Source of the DNA: a virus
Lineage: Duplodnaviria; Caudoviricetes
IMG/VR virus record: IMGVR_UViG_2524614764_000005
Coordinates: 32,001-96,000 of that record
Strand: one strand, 5' to 3'
Length of the DNA: 64,000 nt
Shown here: positions 60,056-64,000 of the stretch, piece after piece
Layout of the letters: each line of letters opens with the position of its first letter
How positions within the stretch are numbered: the first letter of the stretch is position 1
Program-made: the position numbers and the translations under genes
Notes under the pieces: model-generated
The model's database searches: none
What the model was told of the DNA's origin: nothing
The model's input: the letters and a program-made list of their open reading frames with translations, nothing else

Positions 60056-60743
60056 AGGAGTGATGAGAATTATCAAAAAATTTGTAGACAAAAATACAAA
60101 TAACATATATTATAAAGTTAACTCGAAGGTCTTAATAGTTTTAACAGGATGGCTGCTAACATTCTCGTTTATTAAGATGGAAGCGAGTTTAATCAAGGAC
60201 AACCCGAGCGAAAAGGTAAATAAGACAAAGGTATCTGAAGATTTTCCAACGAAATATATCCAGTTACATGCACCATTACCAAAGCAAGATAGCAAAAAAG
60301 AAATAACTGAGAAATTACAAAAGAAATATCTGAAAATCAAAGTTGAACCAGTTCAAGAGAAAGCTAAAAAAGTTAAAAAGAAGAAAGGAGATAAAAATGA
60401 CAAGCATACAAAGAAAACTGTGGAACAAAAGAGTCAAACACGCAAAATGGTTGTTACAGCTTACACAAATGGTTACGAAAGCACAGGTAAACATCCAGGA
60501 CACGCTGATTATGGAACAACAGCAAGCGGTGTGACTACAAAGCAAGGCATTACAATTGCTTGTCCACCATATATGAAATTTGGAACAAAATTATACATAG
60601 AAGATGTTGGACTAAGAGTATGTCAGGATAGAGGTGGAGACATAAAAGGAAATAGATTAGATGTCTTCATTGAAAATCTCCAAAAGGCAAGAGAGTTCGG
60701 CAGGCAAACACTAACAGTTAAAGAAATTAAAAATAACACATAA
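60048..60743 (+). CDS. Membrane-anchored 3D-domain cell-wall protein (YorM-like)
   Basis: TAYT, GTTASG, FGTKLYI, DRGGDIKGNRLDVF. Confidence 0.85.
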   Translation: MHEGVMRIIKKFVDKNTNNIYYKVNSKVLIVLTGWLLTFSFIKMEASLIKDNPSEKVNKTKVSEDFPTKYIQLHAPLPKQDSKKEITEKLQKKYLKIKVEPVQEKAKKVKKKKGDKNDKHTKKTVEQKSQTRKMVVTAYTNGYESTGKHPGHADYGTTASGVTTKQGITIACPPYMKFGTKLYIEDVGLRVCQDRGGDIKGNRLDVFIENLQKAREFGRQTLTVKEIKNNT

Positions 60744-60760
60744 AGAAGAGAGTGACTTGA

Positions 60761-60916
60761 TTGAGCAAGCTTACTTTAGGACAAAGAGTATTAACCTTAT
60801 ATGGGGAAGGAACAGTAGTGGAAGTACATAAGAACAATCAATATGGAGTTGCTGATGATGAGTACAACCTGGTCGAACTTTATGACAGAAGTGAATTAGC
60901 TGAATTAAGGAGGTGA
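60761..60916 (+). CDS. Small SH3-like protein (51 aa)
   Basis: Read by hand: MSKLTLGQRVLTLYGEGTVVEV... Confidence 0.5.
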   Translation: MSKLTLGQRVLTLYGEGTVVEVHKNNQYGVADDEYNLVELYDRSELAELRR

Positions 60917-60920
60917 TATC

Positions 60921-61079
60921 ATGTTTGAGGTAAACGACACAGTAATAGTTAACCATAATAAAGAAAGGGCAGTAGTGGCTACAGTGTCAACTCGATACTC
61001 ACAACTTGAAGTGCGATATGAGGACGGATCTCATGAAGTAATGGGATTTCACAAAGTTACAAAGGAGGATGATAAATGA
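60921..61079 (+). CDS. Small protein (52 aa, YorQ position)
   Basis: SD AAGGAGGTG; MFEVNDTVIV... Confidence 0.6.
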   Translation: MFEVNDTVIVNHNKERAVVATVSTRYSQLEVRYEDGSHEVMGFHKVTKEDDK

Positions 61080-61582
61080 TCATTATTTTAGAGGGGTGTG
61101 ACTGCTGCTATAAATCTACAGTAGCAAAGCAGCTGTCAAAAAAGCTAGATTACAAAATACTACGAGGTTCGTCGTTTGAATTAGCTAAAGGAAGTCAGGA
61201 CAGCCTATATGATTATTGTTTTGAACTTACAAAACATGAAAACTTGATTATCGATAGATACATATATTCTAACCTTGTTTATGCAACGATGTTTCCCGGT
61301 CATGCAAAGCTTTCAGATGAGCAAGTAAGCAATATCGAGAACAAAATACTGAGTAAGGCCAAGTTAATCTATCTTCATGCAAGACCTGAAGTAATAAAAG
61401 AAAGGATTCTTAACAGAGGAGATGATCAGGTTAACACAAAAGACATTGAACCAATTGTGGAACTCTATAACGAAGTGATACCAAAGTCGAAATTACATAC
61501 ATATTCGTTTGATACAGAGATCTATGGCAGCGGTGAAATTGTTGAGGATATAATCTACTTGGTCAGTGAGGAAGGCTCATGA
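61076..61582 (+). CDS. yorR: dNMP kinase-like (YorR)
   Basis: LEGCDCCYKST, IIDRYIYS. Confidence 0.8.
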   Translation: MIIILEGCDCCYKSTVAKQLSKKLDYKILRGSSFELAKGSQDSLYDYCFELTKHENLIIDRYIYSNLVYATMFPGHAKLSDEQVSNIENKILSKAKLIYLHARPEVIKERILNRGDDQVNTKDIEPIVELYNEVIPKSKLHTYSFDTEIYGSGEIVEDIIYLVSEEGS

Positions 61583-62100
61583 AAAGAAAAGTTATTGCAA
61601 TTGATATGGATGATGTATTAGCAGATTTCTTACCAGCTTGGGTAAAAGCAATCAATCAACATGATGACCCATCATTAAAATGTGAAAACATAAAGTCTTG
61701 GAGCATCTTAGATTACGTGAATACAAAAAATGATGTGTTTAGGCATTTAACGTATGACTTCTTTAAGGGTTTAACAGAAAAAAAAGACAGCCAGAAAGTT
61801 GTTAAGAATCTATGTGATCTCTACGAAGTGTATGTTGTTACTACTGCAACAGCACATCCAGAATCATTAAAAGCTAAATTAGAATGGTTGCAGGAACACT
61901 TTCCATTTTTCTCATATGACCATGTTGTTCTTTGTGGAAATAAAAAGATCATTAAAGCTGATTACATGATTGATGATGGAATACATAACTTGGAGAAATT
62001 TGAAGGCGTGGGCATAGTGTTTGATGCACCTCACAATGAAGATGATAAAAGATTTGTCCGTGTTAAGAATTGGGAAGAAATCGGTCAGAAATTACTTTAA
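61579..62100 (+). CDS. yorS: 5'(3')-deoxyribonucleotidase, HAD (YorS)
   Basis: IDMDDVLAD, KLEWL, MIDD. Confidence 0.88.
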   Translation: MKRKVIAIDMDDVLADFLPAWVKAINQHDDPSLKCENIKSWSILDYVNTKNDVFRHLTYDFFKGLTEKKDSQKVVKNLCDLYEVYVVTTATAHPESLKAKLEWLQEHFPFFSYDHVVLCGNKKIIKADYMIDDGIHNLEKFEGVGIVFDAPHNEDDKRFVRVKNWEEIGQKLL

Positions 62101-62142
62101 AATATCTCTTTTATAGAAAATTAATATTAGGAAGGTGTCTGA

Positions 62143-62943
62143 ATGGCGAGTAAAATTAAAAGCCCGCTTCGGTGGGTTGGTGGAAAAAGCAAGTTATTAA
62201 ATAAAATAATACCTCTTATCCCTGAGCACAAGGGATTTGTTGAAGTCTTTGGGGGTTCTGCCGTTGTATTATTGAACAAAGAAGAGGCGAAATGGGAAGT
62301 TCTAAATGATTATGATAGCAATTTAGCTAATTTCTGGTCAGTGATTCAAAATGCAAAAGAGCAATTTTTGAGAGCTTTTGATTATGAAATCGTAAGCAGA
62401 GAAAGGTTTAATGAGTACAAAATAAAATATAAGAATAACGAATTTGAAGATGCGATTGAAAGGGCAAAAATATTTTATTATTTAGTTCGATCTTGTTTTG
62501 GGAGCGACATGAAAAGTCCAGTGTTTGGAGCATCTAAAGACAGAAATAGGTTAAGAATTGATAAGATACAAGACGATATCGATGCTGTTTATAAAAGATT
62601 TGTTGGAGTTACAGTTGAAAATAAATCTTTTGAGGATATTTTTAAAATTTACGATAGTGAAAACACTTTTTTCTATCTAGATCCACCTTACAGAAACACA
62701 AAACAATACGCAACTGGAAAATTCACAGACGATCAATATAGAATGCTTAGGGATTGCTGTCTAAAAGCGAAGGGCAAATGGTTATTAACAATCAACAATG
62801 ATCCTTATATTAGAGAATTGTTTAAGGATTTTTATATAGTTGATCACAGCGTTTGGTACAGTGTATCCAAAACAGCTGATGGTAGAGGGGATTTCAAGGA
62901 GTTGTTAATATCCAATTATAACTTTAACGATCTTATAAGTTAA
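62143..62943 (+). CDS. Dam/D12-class N6-adenine DNA methyltransferase
   Basis: WVGGKS, EVFGGS, LND, YLDPPY, ELLISNY. Confidence 0.92.
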   Translation: MASKIKSPLRWVGGKSKLLNKIIPLIPEHKGFVEVFGGSAVVLLNKEEAKWEVLNDYDSNLANFWSVIQNAKEQFLRAFDYEIVSRERFNEYKIKYKNNEFEDAIERAKIFYYLVRSCFGSDMKSPVFGASKDRNRLRIDKIQDDIDAVYKRFVGVTVENKSFEDIFKIYDSENTFFYLDPPYRNTKQYATGKFTDDQYRMLRDCCLKAKGKWLLTINNDPYIRELFKDFYIVDHSVWYSVSKTADGRGDFKELLISNYNFNDLIS

Positions 62944-63024
62944 TAAATTGAAGGAACATAGTAAAACTAGAGTTTTTGGAATCAAAATAAAAGATCAATT
63001 TCAATCAGAAAGGGAAGGTGAAAT

Positions 63025-63234
63025 ATGACAGAAAGTGAAATTATTATTACAAACTTTAAAAAGAGTGTTGAAGAATTTCGTATTAAACTGGCCTCTGGTA
63101 GAGAAGCGCACCCTGAAAAATTTATTCAATATTTAGCTACTGAAATCCAGGCTTTAAATAATTTAAAGGAAGCATACCAAGAAGGTATGAACATTATTAA
63201 CGCCGACTTGAAAAAACACGGTCTAGGAAAATGA
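63025..63234 (+). CDS. Hypothetical protein
   Basis: 69 aa with SD. Confidence 0.6.
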   Translation: MTESEIIITNFKKSVEEFRIKLASGREAHPEKFIQYLATEIQALNNLKEAYQEGMNIINADLKKHGLGK

Positions 63235-63602
63235 AAAGTATCCTAGAGCAAATCAACTCATTGAAAGTCGTACATATTGATTTAGACAACTACGCAATTT
63301 ACGTTAAGCAAAACAAGCAAGTGATTCATATATTGCATACATTGATTAAGGATATGACAGTAGAGGAATACATACATAGCTTCAGTAAAGATGGTTTAAT
63401 CGATCTAATTCCAGCAGTAATTGGAACAGGGGTTGCTGATGGATATAAACAAGGCAAGGGATTTGTATCTGAACCTAAACAGTTCTACATGCAACGGTGT
63501 TTAGAGTTGAACAACAAAATTGAATTCCTTGAGAATATGATTGTGTCACTTGGTGGCCATCCTAAAATGCAAATTGTTGATAAGAATAATCTAATTCACT
63601 AG
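63231..63602 (+). CDS. Hypothetical protein
   Basis: 123 aa, coupled. Confidence 0.6.
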   Translation: MKSILEQINSLKVVHIDLDNYAIYVKQNKQVIHILHTLIKDMTVEEYIHSFSKDGLIDLIPAVIGTGVADGYKQGKGFVSEPKQFYMQRCLELNNKIEFLENMIVSLGGHPKMQIVDKNNLIH

Positions 63603-63616
63603 AGAGGAAGAAAGGA

Positions 63617-63934
63617 ATGAAATTTAAAATTGGGCAGAGCGTTCTGATTTCATCTAGGGGTGTTGTTGGTAAAGTTATTAAAGCAACACACCATGTATCA
63701 ATTGAAAAAGGAAAAGAACTGAATGTTATTAAGTATAAGGTTGAAGTAGACGGGCTTTTGTACGCCCAGGAATTTGATGAATCATTACTTACATATGAAG
63801 ATAAAGAATCTAGGAAGATTAAAATAGCTGAGATAAATTCACTAATTGACCAAGCATTAGATACAAAAGATAAGGATTGGTTTGATGATTTAATTCAACA
63901 AAGAAAAACTTTAGAAGAAGGGTTAGTGGAGTAG
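63617..63934 (+). CDS. IDEAL-domain protein
   Basis: C-terminal IDQALDTKDKDWF. Confidence 0.75.
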   Translation: MKFKIGQSVLISSRGVVGKVIKATHHVSIEKGKELNVIKYKVEVDGLLYAQEFDESLLTYEDKESRKIKIAEINSLIDQALDTKDKDWFDDLIQQRKTLEEGLVE

Positions 63935-63965
63935 ATAGAGAATTATTTTAGAGTATTATGGAACG

Positions 63966-63977
63966 GAACAAGAGTTC
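63966..63977. promoter_or_regulatory. Possible LexA SOS box
   Basis: GAAC-AAGA-GTTC after TATTAT. Confidence 0.5.
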
Positions 63978-64000
63978 CAAAGAAGTTTGATACCAAAGCA

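Larger units (their letters stand above)
15508..60107. repeat. Dispersed SPbeta repeated element (SPBRE)-like operators, AAAATACAAAT(T/A)ACATA
   Basis: Copies at 15508(-), 18471(-), 18504(-), 21182, 23207, 30314, 37434, 37703, 49857, 51603, 60091; several overlap promoters. Confidence 0.8.
12687..63003. repeat. Dispersed junction sites TAAAA-N6-TTT(T/C)A
   Basis: Exact at 12687, 23252, 25119, 25455, 28010, 28836, 29944, 37635, 39947, 42164, 42852, 44751, 49810, 62098, 62988; one mismatch at 23533, 23818, 29926, 39643, 62962. Confidence 0.8.
1..64000. mobile_element. SPbeta-like temperate Bacillus phage/prophage (internal portion)
   Basis: Terminase, portal, capsid, YonO RNAP, yonT, arbitrium aimR/aimP, sro operon and yor replication genes in SPbeta-like order; no host genes seen. 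Confidence 0.95.

Noticed and set aside
23252-63003. Junction sites as CRISPR repeats, Tn916 targets or terminators
   Set aside because: Dispersed rather than regularly spaced; arm order is opposite to the Tn916 TTTTT-N6-AAAAA target; A/T-only 5-bp arms are too weak for terminators

Overview
The whole 64 kb window is part of an SPbeta-like (Spbetavirus-type) temperate Bacillus phage or prophage; no host genes or att site are visible. Gene names come from recalled SPbeta gene order and protein motifs, not from a database search. 1-18.4 kb (minus strand) is the late/morphogenesis operon: tail tube, head-tail genes, major capsid, protease/scaffold, portal, terminase, metallophosphoesterase, HU and the YonO single-subunit RNA polymerase. 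It contains a roughly 900-nt non-coding, heavily base-paired segment. 18.9-30 kb holds a TubR/TubZ-like tubulin pair, the yonT type I toxin with an antisense promoter, a yonV helicase-like gene, many small accessory genes, two paralogous wHTH Rep-like genes followed by a palindrome-rich ori-like region, and Ntn-hydrolase and PIN genes. 30.4-36.7 kb is the arbitrium locus (aimR, aimP with predicted peptide SASRGA) and the sroA-F (yopM-R) lysogeny operon. 36.8-64 kb is the early region: RecD-like helicase, RNase H, ligase, SRAP, phosphatase, guanylate kinase, SSB, AAA protein, DnaB, primase, RecJ, a family A DNA polymerase, nucleotide enzymes and a Dam-type methylase. The main unexplained signal is about 20 copies of an inverted-arm site, TAAAA-N6-TTT(T/C)A, with a different 6-bp core each time. 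The copies sit at accessory gene junctions, which suggests an integron/pdif-like gene-cassette system in the phage. Other leads are the large structured RNA, tandem micro-peptides upstream of aimR, and a plasmid-like Rep/ori plus tubulin partition set.
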